Shown: positions 36,832 to 46,082 of the stretch, one piece after another
Layout: every line of letters starts with the position of its first letter
Numbering within the stretch: the first letter of the stretch is position 1
Source: Candidatus Xenobia bacterium
Lineage (GTDB): Bacteria > Acidobacteriota > Terriglobia > Acidiferrales > 2-02-FULL-67-57
DNA: 64,000 nt
Assembly: GCA_035573715.1 (NCBI GenBank)
Contig: DATLZZ010000010.1
Location: 215,355 to 279,354 of the forward strand
Direction of reading: 5' to 3'
Translations under genes and position numbers: made by a program
Notes under the pieces: generated by a model
Told to the model about the DNA's origin: nothing
What the model saw: the letters and a program-made list of their open reading frames with translations, nothing else
The model's database searches: none

Positions 36832-37728
36832 ATGCCTGAGACTCTCAGTCCCGGAAAGCTGAAAACCGAGGACGAGCACCGCCGCGACATCTGCCTGGTC
36901 GGCCGCTGGATTCACGCCCGCGAGTACGTGGCCGCCACCGACGGCAACCTTTCGGTGCGGCTGGACAACCAGCGGGTCCTGGCCACGCCGACGCTGATGT
37001 CGAAAGGCATGATGGAGCCCGACGACCTGGTGGTGGTCGATTACCAGGGCAACAAGCTCAGCGGGCGGCGCAACGCCTCCAGCGAAATCGCCATGCATCT
37101 GCTGATTTATCGTCGCCGCCCCGACGTGAACGCCGTCGTGCATGCTCACCCGCCCACCGCCACCGGCTACGCCGCCGCCGGGCTGGCGCTCAACCAGGCG
37201 CTCATCAGCGAAGTGGTGCTGGCGCTGGGCTGCATCCCGCTGGCGCAGTACGGCACGCCCGGCACGCCGGAGCTGTCCGATGCGTTGAGCCCGCTGGTCG
37301 GCAGCTACGACGCCCTGCTGATGGCCAACCACGGCGTCGTCACCTACGGCACCGACCTGCTCACCGCCTACATGCGGATGGAGACGGTGGAGCACTTCGC
37401 GCGCATTTCGCTGGTGACGCATCTGCTTGGCCGGCAGGTGCTGCTTTCCCGCGAGGAGGTGGAGAAGCTCGGCGAAGCGCGGCAGAAGTATTTCGGCAGC
37501 CTGGGAGCGCCGGTGGCGCCGCTGACGGAGTCCTGCCCGGTGGCGGCGAATCCTTCGCCGCCGCCGGCCGTGGCTTCCCCTCCGGCGACGGAGCGGAAGC
37601 CGGCCCACCCGTCCGCGGGCGGACGGATTGGATCGGTGCCTCGCGGCCCGCGGGACCGTCTCTGGGTGACGCAGGACGAGCTTGAAGCTCTCATTGACGA
37701 AGCCGTGAAATCTGGTAGAGTTCGCTAG
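36832..37728 (+). CDS. class II aldolase/adducin-family protein with C-terminal Pro-rich linker and amphipathic helix (BMC encapsulation peptide-like)
   Basis: Aldolase_II core (HAHPP, metal-binding His). C-terminal [17 protein letters not shown] linker followed by [19 protein letters not shown]. Confidence 0.8.
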   Translation: MPETLSPGKLKTEDEHRRDICLVGRWIHAREYVAATDGNLSVRLDNQRVLATPTLMSKGMMEPDDLVVVDYQGNKLSGRRNASSEIAMHLLIYRRRPDVNAVVHAHPPTATGYAAAGLALNQALISEVVLALGCIPLAQYGTPGTPELSDALSPLVGSYDALLMANHGVVTYGTDLLTAYMRMETVEHFARISLVTHLLGRQVLLSREEVEKLGEARQKYFGSLGAPVAPLTESCPVAANPSPPPAVASPPATERKPAHPSAGGRIGSVPRGPRDRLWVTQDELEALIDEAVKSGRVR

Positions 37729-37748
37729 ACCCGACAGGAGGAACCGGT

Positions 37749-38045
37749 ATGGGTGAAGCGCTGGGCATGATTGAGACTCGGGGGTTCGTGGCCATGATCG
37801 AGGCCTCCGACGCCATGGTGAAGGCGGCCAAGGTCACGCTGGTGGGCTGGGAGAAAATCGGTTCGGGCTACGTCACCGCGCTGGTGCGCGGCGACGTAGC
37901 GGCGGTGAAGGCCGCCACCGACGCCGGCGCTGCCGCGGCTCGCCGCGTCGGCGAACTGATTGCGGTGCACGTCATCCCGCGGCCGCACCCGTCGCTGGAA
38001 GACGTGCTGCCCATCGGCAAGGCCGCCGAGCTGGTCGCCCGCTAG
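37749..38045 (+). CDS. BMC-H shell protein (PduA/CcmK/EutM family)
   Basis: Canonical BMC domain ([25 protein letters not shown]). Confidence 0.9.
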   Translation: MGEALGMIETRGFVAMIEASDAMVKAAKVTLVGWEKIGSGYVTALVRGDVAAVKAATDAGAAAARRVGELIAVHVIPRPHPSLEDVLPIGKAAELVAR

Positions 38046-38058
38046 GCGCGCTGCTCCC

Positions 38059-38080
38059 TCCGCCCAGCGGCCACGGCCGC
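38059..38080 (+). terminator. intra-operon hairpin CCCAGCGGCCACGGCCGCTGGG after the BMC-H gene
   Basis: Perfect 10-bp stem with a 3-nt loop, 14 nt after the BMC-H stop. No strong T-tract, so possibly a partial terminator or attenuator. Confidence 0.4.
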
Positions 38081-38176
38081 TGGGCCGCGCGGCCTTGTCG
38101 GGAGGGCACGACTCTTGTTGTGCCGTTCCGCGGGTTCTTTCTGTGGGGCTTTAGCCCCTGAGGGTTTTTCAAGCCT

Positions 38177-38479
38177 ATGCTCCTCGCTCGAGTCGTCGGA
38201 ACCGTCGTCGCCACCCGCAAAGACCCTCGCCTGGAAGGGAAGAAGCTGCTCATCGTGCGCACTATGACGCCGGACGGGAAAGAAGACGGCAACTATCTGG
38301 TCGCGGTGGACACGGTCCACGCCGGCGCGGGCGAAAAGGTTCTCATCGTCCAGGGCGGCTCGGCCCGCATGGCCGACGGCTGCAAGGACCGCCCAGTGGA
38401 CACCGCCATCATCGGCATCGTCGACACCGTCCGCCTCGACGAGCAGCCCGCCGCCGTCGCGGCCTCCGCCCCCAAGTAA
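38177..38479 (+). CDS. BMC-P vertex protein (EutN/CcmL family), paralog 1
   Basis: MLLARVVGTVVATRK ... characteristic EutN/CcmL fold sequence. Confidence 0.85.
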   Translation: MLLARVVGTVVATRKDPRLEGKKLLIVRTMTPDGKEDGNYLVAVDTVHAGAGEKVLIVQGGSARMADGCKDRPVDTAIIGIVDTVRLDEQPAAVAASAPK

Positions 38480-38752
38480 ATGCTGCTCGGCAAAGTCATC
38501 GGCAACGTGGTTTGCACGGTGAAGAACCCTGTGCTGGAAGGAATCAAGCTGCTGGTGGTGCAGCCGCTCGACCGCGCCGGCAAGCCGAAAGGCAAGCCGA
38601 TGATCGGGCTCGATGCCGTGGGCGCGGGCGCCGGCGAGACGGTTTACTGGTGCCGCGGGCGCGAGGCCAGCTTCGTCTGGTATCCCACCGAGGTGCCAAC
38701 GGAGTGCACCATCGTCGCCATAGTCGACCGCGTAGAAACAGAGAAAGGGTAA
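38480..38752 (+). CDS. BMC-P vertex protein, paralog 2
   Basis: MLLGKVIGNVVCTVK ... EutN/CcmL family. Confidence 0.85.
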   Translation: MLLGKVIGNVVCTVKNPVLEGIKLLVVQPLDRAGKPKGKPMIGLDAVGAGAGETVYWCRGREASFVWYPTEVPTECTIVAIVDRVETEKG

Positions 38753-38848
38753 CCACAGATTCACACAGATGAACACAGATAAGGAACGCCGACAAAAGCA
38801 GGGACTGTTTGTGTTTTTCCTCTGTGTGTATCTGTGTGCATCTGTGGT
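38753..38848 (+). promoter_or_regulatory. ~27-bp imperfect inverted repeat (CCACAGATTCACACAGATGAACACAGA ... TCTGTGTGTATCTGTGTGCATCTGTGG) between BMC-P2 and BMC-P3
   Basis: CACAGAT-repeat palindrome with a ~40-nt loop, directly between two shell genes. Confidence 0.5.
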
Positions 38849-38860
38849 TTCGAATTCTCC

Positions 38861-39130
38861 ATGCTGATTGGCAGAGTCATCGGCGAGGTGTGGGCGACGC
38901 AGAAGACGCCCTCGCACGAGGCGCGCAAGTGCCTCTACGTGCAGCCGCTGGCGCTCGACGGCGCCGACCGCGGCGACCCGATCCTGGCGCTCGACGCGGT
39001 GGATGCCGGCGTGGGCGACCGCGTGCTGGTGGTCACTGAAGGCTACTCGGCCATGACGGCGGTGGGCCGCCCCAATTCGCCCATCGATATGGCCGTCGTC
39101 GGCGTCGTCGACGCGGTCGAGCTCGACTAG
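38861..39130 (+). CDS. BMC-P vertex protein, paralog 3
   Basis: MLIGRVIGEVWATQK ... EutN/CcmL family. Confidence 0.8.
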   Translation: MLIGRVIGEVWATQKTPSHEARKCLYVQPLALDGADRGDPILALDAVDAGVGDRVLVVTEGYSAMTAVGRPNSPIDMAVVGVVDAVELD

Positions 39131-39172
39131 CTGCTTGCCAGACTCGCGGGCCTCGCGCATAATCGCACGCGC

Positions 39173-39772
39173 ATGATTGGGTACCTGCGCGGAACCATCC
39201 TTTCCAAAAAGCCCTACGAAATTCTTCTCGATGTGAACGGCGTGGGTTACGAGCTGCGCGTGCCCTATTCGACCTCGCAACTCCCCGCCAGTGGCAGGGA
39301 GCTGAGCCTGGTGGTGCATACCCACGTGCGCGAGGATGCGATTACGCTCTACGGCTTCAAGACCGCCGCCGAGCGCGAAATGTTCCACCAGCTGCTGACG
39401 GTAAAAAACGTGGGGCCGAAGATGGCGCTGATGGTGCTGGCGGCGGTCGCACCGGCCGACATCACCAACGCCATCCGGCGCAACAACCCGCTGGCGCTGG
39501 TGGTGCCGGGCATCGGGCCGAAAACGGCCGAGCGCATCGTGCAGGAACTGCGCACCAGCTTGGTTTCGGTCGAGGCCGAGGCCACGCCGGCGCCGGGGCC
39601 GCCGCTCAGCGATGCGGCCGAAGAGGCTGTCTCGGCGCTGGAGAACATGGGATGTGACCCCAAGCTCGCCCAGAAGGCCGTGCGGGAGGTGCTACAATCG
39701 TCGAAGAGCGAAGCTGGATTCGAAGTGCTGATGAAAGGGGCGCTGCAGTGGCTACGAGAGAAAAGGCGATAG
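39173..39772 (+). CDS. ruvA: Holliday junction branch-migration protein RuvA
   Basis: MIGYLRGTI ... OB-fold, tandem HhH domains, and C-terminal domain. Confidence 0.9.
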   Translation: MIGYLRGTILSKKPYEILLDVNGVGYELRVPYSTSQLPASGRELSLVVHTHVREDAITLYGFKTAAEREMFHQLLTVKNVGPKMALMVLAAVAPADITNAIRRNNPLALVVPGIGPKTAERIVQELRTSLVSVEAEATPAPGPPLSDAAEEAVSALENMGCDPKLAQKAVREVLQSSKSEAGFEVLMKGALQWLREKRR

Positions 39773-39802
39773 TCCCGCCCAGCGGAACGATGGCGGCCTG
39801 AT

Positions 39803-40873
39803 ATGGGGAAGAGAAAGGAAGCCATCGAGGTCCGGCCGGCGGCGCCGCATCCGAGCGGAATTCTCTCGGGCGCGGCGCTGGACGACGACCGGCAATTCGA
39901 AGCCTCGGTCCGCCCGCAGCTTCTCAAGGACTTCATCGGCCAGGCGAAATTGAAGGAGAATCTCTCCATCGCTGTCGAAGCCGCGCGCTCGCGGGGTGAT
40001 GCGCTCGACCACGTCCTGCTCAGCGGTCCGCCCGGCCTCGGCAAGACCACGCTCGCCTACGTGCTCGCCAACGAGCTGGGCGTGCGCATCGAAACCACCT
40101 CGGGGCCGGTGCTGGAGCGCCCGCTCGACCTCTCGACCATTCTCTCCGTGCTGGAGCGCCGCCAGGTGCTGTTCATTGACGAACTCCACCGTCTGTTGCC
40201 GGCCGTCGAAGAGATCCTTTATCCGGCGCTCGAAGATTTCAAAATCGACATGATTGTCGGCAAGGGTCCGGGCGCGCGCACGCAGGTCTATCGCCTGGAG
40301 CGGTTCACGCTGGTGGGGGCGACGACCCGCACCGGGCTGGTCACCAAGCCGCTGCTCTCGCGCTTCGGGATCGTGCATCGGCTGGACTTTTATCCCGTGG
40401 CCGACCTCCAAACCATTGTTACGCGCGCCGCGGGCATCCTGGGCATCGCGATTGACTCCGGCGGCGCGGAAGAGATTGCCCGGCGCTCGCGCGGCACCCC
40501 GCGCGTTGCCAACCGGCTGTTGCGGCGGGTGCGCGACTTCGCCCAGGTGCGCGCCGGCGGCAGCATCAACCGCACCGTGGCCAGGGACGCGCTGGCGATG
40601 CTGGATGTGGACGAGTACGGGCTCGACGAGCTTGACCGAAAGATTCTCTTGACGGTAATCGAAAAATACGGCGGCGGGCCGGTCGGTCTCAACACCATCG
40701 CCGCCTCCATCAGCGAAGAGGCCGACGCGCTGGAAGAAGTCTACGAGCCCTACCTGATGCAGATTGGGTTCCTGAACCGCACCCCGCGCGGGCGGGTTGC
40801 GACCGAGCTGGCCTACAAACACTTCGGGAAGCTGCCTCCTACCCCCAGCGCTCCCCCCCTCTTCAGCTCCTAA
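39803..40873 (+). CDS. ruvB: Holliday junction DNA helicase RuvB
   Basis: Walker [12 protein letters not shown], Walker [10 protein letters not shown], winged-helix C-terminus. Confidence 0.95.
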   Translation: MGKRKEAIEVRPAAPHPSGILSGAALDDDRQFEASVRPQLLKDFIGQAKLKENLSIAVEAARSRGDALDHVLLSGPPGLGKTTLAYVLANELGVRIETTSGPVLERPLDLSTILSVLERRQVLFIDELHRLLPAVEEILYPALEDFKIDMIVGKGPGARTQVYRLERFTLVGATTRTGLVTKPLLSRFGIVHRLDFYPVADLQTIVTRAAGILGIAIDSGGAEEIARRSRGTPRVANRLLRRVRDFAQVRAGGSINRTVARDALAMLDVDEYGLDELDRKILLTVIEKYGGGPVGLNTIAASISEEADALEEVYEPYLMQIGFLNRTPRGRVATELAYKHFGKLPPTPSAPPLFSS

Positions 40874-40980
40874 CGCCTCCTTTTTACAAGTTTTTTACAA
40901 ATGTTCACACTGCCGGTGTTTACTTGGCCCCGCGGCCTGGGTTCTAATCGGCGCGCCCAAAAAGGGGCGGGAGGAACGAA

Positions 40981-41346
40981 ATGAGGAATCGAATCCTGGC
41001 ACTAGGTGTGGTGATGCTCTTGGCGGTCTCCGTGGCGTACGCCGGCGGCGACTCCAAGGGTGGCAAGATGGATCCGGCGGCGAAAGCGGCCTGGTTCCAG
41101 AAGGAGTTCGGGCTGACTGACACCCAGACCCAGCAGGTGCGAGCGTTGATCGAAGACACGCACGCGCGCTACGAGCAGGTCAAGACGCAAGGGCTCAGCG
41201 AGGAGGCGACGAAGGCGGAGAAGACCAAGATCAAGGCCGAGCACGACGCCAAGCTCAAGTCCATCCTCACCGCGGAGCAGTGGGCCAAGTTCGAGGCCTA
41301 CCGCGCCGAGCACTACAAGAAGGAACAAGCCTCCAAGAAGCAGTAA
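40981..41346 (+). CDS. periplasmic LTXXQ-motif protein (Spy/CpxP-like)
   Basis: Signal peptide. Two LTxxQ motifs (LTDTQ, LTAEQ). Lys/Glu-rich helices. Confidence 0.6.
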   Translation: MRNRILALGVVMLLAVSVAYAGGDSKGGKMDPAAKAAWFQKEFGLTDTQTQQVRALIEDTHARYEQVKTQGLSEEATKAEKTKIKAEHDAKLKSILTAEQWAKFEAYRAEHYKKEQASKKQ

Positions 41347-41365
41347 CCGACTCGTCGGTTCGAAC

Positions 41366-41402
41366 GGCGAGGGCGCCGGAGGGCCCCTCGCCGTTTTTTT
41401 TG
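41366..41402 (+). terminator. rho-independent terminator (GGCGAGGGCGCCGGAGGGCCCCTCGCC + T8)
   Basis: GC-rich hairpin followed by an 8-T run, right after the stop of the LTXXQ gene. Confidence 0.75.
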
Positions 41403-41499
41403 TAAACCTCGCATTGCCTCCGAGCAGTGGACGAAGCTCGCCGCCTGGCGAGCGGAGAGGCCCAAGCAGCAAGCACAGGACAAACCCCAGCAATAATCC

Positions 41500-41690
41500 T
41501 CGCTTGAAGTCCATTTGCGGCGAGGAATCCCGCTCCATCGGGATTCCTCGCCGCATTTGTCTTTGGAAGGGCGGGGTTTGAACCCCGCCGTTGCAAGGCG
41601 CAAGCCGCAAGGCGGCTTTAGCCGCTGAAGCCATCCCTCGACCCGCAGGTTGCCCGCAGGCAACGTGCGCGCCCTCTCCCATGCGTTCCG
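41500..41690. repeat. cluster of REP-like hairpins (GGCGAGGAATCCCG..CGGGATTCCTCGCC; GGCGGGGTTTGAACCCCGCC; GGCGGCTTTAGCCGCTGAAGCCA)
   Basis: Elements shared with 44340-44530 and 38143-38160. Confidence 0.55.
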
Positions 41691-41765
41691 ATGCGTTCCG
41701 GACGCATGAACCATGGGGGGCAGGGCATAGGCCTGCCGGGCCGGGAAGCCGCTACAATAGGCGCT

Positions 41766-42266
41766 GTGGCGCCTTGTTTCAAAACTGCGTTTCTCTCTCT
41801 AGGCTCGAACCTGGGAGACCGTGTGGCGCACATCGAGCGGGCGCTGGCCGCGCTCTCGCAGACTGATGTACTGGTTCTTCGCCGCTCCTCGCTCTATGAA
41901 ACTGAGCCGGTTGGCACCAACGCGCAGCGCTGGTTTGTGAATTGCGTCGTGGAGGTGGAAACCGAACTCATGCCGCTGGCGCTGCTGCGTCTGCTCAAGC
42001 GCATCGAGCGCGAAATGGGAAGGAATCCGGGCGCCGGCGCGCAGCCGGTTGCGCGATCGATTGACCTGGACATTCTTGCCTACGGGCAATTGGTGGCGAA
42101 CTCACCGGAACTGACCATCCCGCACCCGCGACTGGCCGAGCGCCGCTTTGTGCTCGAGCCGCTGCGCGAGCTGGCGCCCGATTGGCGCCATCCCGTCACT
42201 CGCCTGAGCGTGGCCGAGATGTTGGTTGCCCTGCGCGATTCCGCCACCGTGCGCCGACTACGCTAG
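41766..42266 (+). CDS. folK: 2-amino-4-hydroxy-6-hydroxymethyldihydropteridine diphosphokinase
   Basis: HPPK motifs (LSLGSNLGD, IDLDIL, HPRLAERRFVLEPL). Confidence 0.8.
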   Translation: MAPCFKTAFLSLGSNLGDRVAHIERALAALSQTDVLVLRRSSLYETEPVGTNAQRWFVNCVVEVETELMPLALLRLLKRIEREMGRNPGAGAQPVARSIDLDILAYGQLVANSPELTIPHPRLAERRFVLEPLRELAPDWRHPVTRLSVAEMLVALRDSATVRRLR

Positions 42267-43423
42267 TGCCGGCGGCGCTGCATCGGCCGCGGCTCTTCTG
42301 CCGGCGGCGCCCACTTGCCCGAGCGCGCACCTTCCTTGCGCAGCTTGTTGAAGTGCAGCAGCGGCTCGCTGCGCTCGGTCAGCGAGGCGAGTTGAAAAAT
42401 GCTGTAGCGCGGCGACTCAATCTGCACCAGGCGATACTCGCCCGGCTCGACTTCGATAATCTGTTTGCCCTGCTGCTCGCTGAGGAAGCGCTCGGCGTCG
42501 GCCACCGAGGCGCGCGCGTCCTCATAGGCCGGCACGCTCATCGCCTCCACCACGTAACTCCGCAGCAGCTTCGGCCAGTAGCGCTGGAACAAGCTCGAAT
42601 CGGCGAACAGGTCGGCCCACACCACTTCGCCGTTGATGGCCACGACGACGCCGACCACGTTCTTGCCTTGCAGCGCGCCGCGCAGGGCTCGCTCGTACTC
42701 GCGCTGCAGGTTGGCGCTGGCGTCGTCAATGTGACGCTTGATGGTCGGCGAGGCTTCCATTTGCGCGTAGCTGCTCGACCCTTGCAGCTCGCGCTCTACC
42801 CGGCCGGGCTCCGCGCTCGGAACCGCGGCCGCGGCCACGCCCGAGCGCGACTCGGCCGTGGCGTCCCACACCTGCTGCTGGTTGCGCGCCACGGCCGCTT
42901 TCTCGCGCACCTTGGGCGCCGCCATCAGGCTGGCGCCGAAACTTGCCGAGGCGCCGTGCCAGCGCCCGGGCTCGACGCAGAACACATCCAGCGGCAGCGG
43001 GTCGCCGCCCGGCGGGATGACGCGGTCCCTGGAAATCACCCGGTCCTGCTTGCCGCCGGTGACGATTTCCCCGGCCAGCAATATCAGCGGGCGGCTGGAG
43101 TGATTGATGAGCACCAGGCGGTTCACCTGCGCCTGGCCGAGCGGCAGCGAGCCGTGCCGCCGTCGCTGCAGCGCCGCGCCGAGCTCGGTCACCTCGACTT
43201 CGCCCGAGCGCAACCCTTCGTCCAGCGTCAGGTAGTTGCGCGCATCGTGTTGGGCAGAGCTCGATACTGGAAACAACGCCAGGTTGGAGTAGAGAATCGG
43301 CGGGTGAACTTGCCAGTCGCGAACCTTCGGGATGCCCGCCGCAGCGGGTGGGCTGTCGTAGGTCAGAACCACCGTTGCCGCCGCGACAACGAAAACCAAA
43401 ACCGGAAACCATCGTTTCAACAT
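42263..43423 (-). CDS. secreted hypothetical protein (DUF4139-like?)
   Basis: Signal peptide from internal Met MLKRWFPVLVFVVAAATVVL. Beta-rich. No catalytic motifs recognised. Confidence 0.45.
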   Translation of the reverse strand: MLKRWFPVLVFVVAAATVVLTYDSPPAAAGIPKVRDWQVHPPILYSNLALFPVSSSAQHDARNYLTLDEGLRSGEVEVTELGAALQRRRHGSLPLGQAQVNRLVLINHSSRPLILLAGEIVTGGKQDRVISRDRVIPPGGDPLPLDVFCVEPGRWHGASASFGASLMAAPKVREKAAVARNQQQVWDATAESRSGVAAAAVPSAEPGRVERELQGSSSYAQMEASPTIKRHIDDASANLQREYERALRGALQGKNVVGVVVAINGEVVWADLFADSSLFQRYWPKLLRSYVVEAMSVPAYEDARASVADAERFLSEQQGKQIIEVEPGEYRLVQIESPRYSIFQLASLTERSEPLLHFNKLRKEGARSGKWAPPAEEPRPMQRRRH

Positions 43424-43655
43424 GAATTCGTCCTCCCTCTTTCGCCCCCGGCGTATCGGCCGAGGCGGGCCCCAGTCGGCGCGCTTCGTTGTGATGCCCG
43501 TCCCAGGAGGTGAGCGCGCCCGGGGCCCGCGACCGGCCCCTTGCACCTCTGCTATCGCCGCCGGCCGAGGAAAGTTCCCGGCTGTGCTCTTTTCATCTCT
43601 GCTGACTTGGGTATAATCCCGGCGCTGGTGTCGGGTTCAGGAAGTCGGGAGGTCC

Positions 43656-44312
43656 ATGGGAACCGGGCCCAAGTTTGCGCCGCCCCGCTACATTGCTGTC
43701 GAAGGCCCCATCCGGGTCGGGAAGTCCACCCTGGCGCGCATCGTTTCGGAAAAGCTTCACGCGCGGCTCATCGCCGACCGCACCGACAATCCCCATCTCG
43801 CGGCGTTTTATCGCAGCGAGCCCGGCGCCGCCTTTCGCGCTCAGATGCACTTTCTGCTGGCGCGCTACCTCCAGTTGCGCGACCTGGCGCTCGAGCACGA
43901 CCCCCGCACCATCGTCTGCGATTACCTCTTCGAGAAAGACCGCGTCTTCGCCACCCTCAACCTCAACGACGCCGAGCTTCAGGTCTACCAGCAGTACTTC
44001 GACCTCTTCCGCCCGCAGGTCGCGACGCCCGACCTGGTTATCTATCTGCAAGCCACGCCGGCGGTGCTGCGCAAGCGCCTGAAGCGCAGCCCGGCCGCCG
44101 CCTCCGAGCGCGACATCTCCGACGACTACCTCGAAGCCGTCGCCGAAGCCTACGACCATTTTTTCTTCCACTACTCGGCGTCGAACCTTCTCGTCATCAA
44201 CACCAGCGAGATTGATTTCGTCGAGCGCTCCGAAGATTTGCAGGCGCTTCTTCGCCGCCTCGGCGAGCCCGTCAAAGGCACTCAGTACTTCCTCCCCCTC
44301 GGCCCGTCGTAA
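43656..44312 (+). CDS. deoxynucleoside kinase family protein
   Basis: P-loop VEGPIRVGKST and dNK-like ERS/DRY-type motifs. Confidence 0.75.
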   Translation: MGTGPKFAPPRYIAVEGPIRVGKSTLARIVSEKLHARLIADRTDNPHLAAFYRSEPGAAFRAQMHFLLARYLQLRDLALEHDPRTIVCDYLFEKDRVFATLNLNDAELQVYQQYFDLFRPQVATPDLVIYLQATPAVLRKRLKRSPAAASERDISDDYLEAVAEAYDHFFFHYSASNLLVINTSEIDFVERSEDLQALLRRLGEPVKGTQYFLPLGPS

Positions 44313-44339
44313 GGGGTGCGTCGCCGGCCAGGATTGGAG

Positions 44340-44530
44340 CCGAGGGGATTTGCTTTGGCTCCTGAGGACAGGAAGGGAGGGCAGGGCGGGGTTTCGACCC
44401 CGCCGTAAGGCGCAGGGTAGAGGTGGGCCTTGGCCCCTACAGCCAAGAACCGAAGTGGAAGGGCGGGGGTTTCGACCCCGCCGTCACAGGTGCAAAAGAC
44501 GCGGGGCTTTAGCCCCTGAAGCCACGGTCG
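44340..44530. repeat. REP-like hairpin cluster (two copies of GGAAGGGCGGGGTTTCGACCCCGCCGT, plus GGGGCTTTAGCCCCTGAAGCCA)
   Basis: Perfect hairpins with a TTCGA loop. Same units as at 41569-41640. Confidence 0.6.
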
Positions 44531-44641
44531 TCGGGCATCTCCGGTCGTTCTCCTCCGACACTTTCTTGTTGCCAAACCAGCCCCACCGTTATCTAATCTC
44601 CCTAGGGACTGCACCCCCAGGGGCGGTACCCGGAGGACAAC

Positions 44642-45538
44642 ATGAGCACCCTTCCGAACTCCCGCTCGGCGGGAACCGGACGGGACACCAAGAAGGTGAC
44701 CGTACCGGAGATTCTCCGAAAGAAATCGAACGGCGAGCGCATCACCTGTCTGACAGCTTACGACTATCCGACCGCGCGCATCCTCGACGCCGCCGGCGTG
44801 GACATCCTCCTCGTCGGCGACTCGCTGGGCATGGTCGTGCTCGGCTACGAGAACACCCTGCCGGTCACGATGGAGGAAATGCTCCACCACACCCGCGCCG
44901 TGCGCCGCGGCACGGAGCGCGCCCTGCTGGTCGCCGACATGCCCTTCGGGAGCTTCCACCTCGACCCCACCGTGTCGGTCGAGAACGCCGTGCGCTTCGT
45001 CAAAGAAGCCGGCGCCGAAGCGGTCAAAATTGAGGGCGGGGAAAAGCGCCTCGAGCTCATCCACCGCCTGGTCGAAAACGACATCCCCGTAATGGGCCAC
45101 ATCGGGCTCACCCCGCAATCCATCCACGCCTTCGGCGGTTTCAAAGTGCAGGGCAAGACGCTGGAAGCCGTCGAGCGATTGCTGCGCGACGCCCACGCCG
45201 TCGAAGCCGCCGGGGCCTTCTCGCTCGTGCTGGAAAGCATTCCCGCCGAGGTCGCCGAGCTCATCACCCGCGAGCTCCGCATCCCCACCATCGGCATCGG
45301 CGCCGGGGCCGGCTGCGACGGCCAGGTGCTGGTCTGGCACGACCTGGTCGGGCTGAGCTTCGGCGTCCAGCCCAAGTTCGCCCGCCGCTATATGGACCTG
45401 CGCGCCGCCCTGGAAGAGGCCGTGCGCCGGTTCTGCGACGACGTCAACCGCGGCGAGTTTCCCGCCGAGGCCGAGACCTACCATCTCCCGCCGGAGGTGG
45501 CCCGGGCGCTGGCCCAGCGCGCGGCGCGCTCGCGGTAG
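44642..45538 (+). CDS. panB: 3-methyl-2-oxobutanoate hydroxymethyltransferase
   Basis: Full-length PanB (CLTAYDYPTARILDAAGVDILLVGDSLGMVVLGYENTLPVT). Confidence 0.9.
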   Translation: MSTLPNSRSAGTGRDTKKVTVPEILRKKSNGERITCLTAYDYPTARILDAAGVDILLVGDSLGMVVLGYENTLPVTMEEMLHHTRAVRRGTERALLVADMPFGSFHLDPTVSVENAVRFVKEAGAEAVKIEGGEKRLELIHRLVENDIPVMGHIGLTPQSIHAFGGFKVQGKTLEAVERLLRDAHAVEAAGAFSLVLESIPAEVAELITRELRIPTIGIGAGAGCDGQVLVWHDLVGLSFGVQPKFARRYMDLRAALEEAVRRFCDDVNRGEFPAEAETYHLPPEVARALAQRAARSR

Positions 45539-45553
45539 TCAGGAGCGCTCTCA

Positions 45554-46051
45554 ATGATTTCGCTCGCCACTTTCCACGAGCTCTACAACTACAACTGGTG
45601 GGCCCGCGACCGGCAGCTCGAGGCCTGCGCATCGCTCAGCGAAGAGCAATTCCTTCGTCCCGTCGGCGGCAGCTTTCCCTCGGTGCGCGACACGCTCGCG
45701 CACCTGGTCGCCGCCGAGTGGCTCTACCTGGAGCGCTGGCAGGGCCGCTCGCCCACTTCGATGCCGGCGGCCTCCGAGTTTCCCACTCTCGACTCTATCC
45801 GCGAGCGCTGGCGCGGCATCGAAGTGCTGCTTCGCGCCGTGCTGGCCGGGCTCGACGACCACCGGCTCGCCCGCCCCATCACTTACACCAACATTCGGAA
45901 GCAAACCAAGACGCTGCTGATGTGGCAGATGATGTACCACCTGCTCAACCACCAGAGCTACCACCGCGGCCAGGTCACTACCCAGCTTCGGTTGCTCGGC
46001 GCCGCGCCGCCCGCCGTGGATTTCTACGTCTACGTTGACTCCCGCAAGTAG
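45554..46051 (+). CDS. DinB/YfiT-like (DinB_2) metal-dependent protein, paralog 1
   Basis: YNYNWWARDRQLEA ... HxxxHRGQ. Confidence 0.7.
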   Translation: MISLATFHELYNYNWWARDRQLEACASLSEEQFLRPVGGSFPSVRDTLAHLVAAEWLYLERWQGRSPTSMPAASEFPTLDSIRERWRGIEVLLRAVLAGLDDHRLARPITYTNIRKQTKTLLMWQMMYHLLNHQSYHRGQVTTQLRLLGAAPPAVDFYVYVDSRK

Positions 46052-46082
46052 CCGGGTGCATCGGATACGCGAGGAGGCTTCC

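Noticed and set aside
41569-41600. tRNA-like T-arm hairpins (GGCGGGGTTTGAACCCCGCC; also at 44387 and 44468)
   Set aside because: No matching acceptor, D or anticodon arms could be folded around them. Interpreted as REP-type hairpins rather than tRNA or tmRNA genes.
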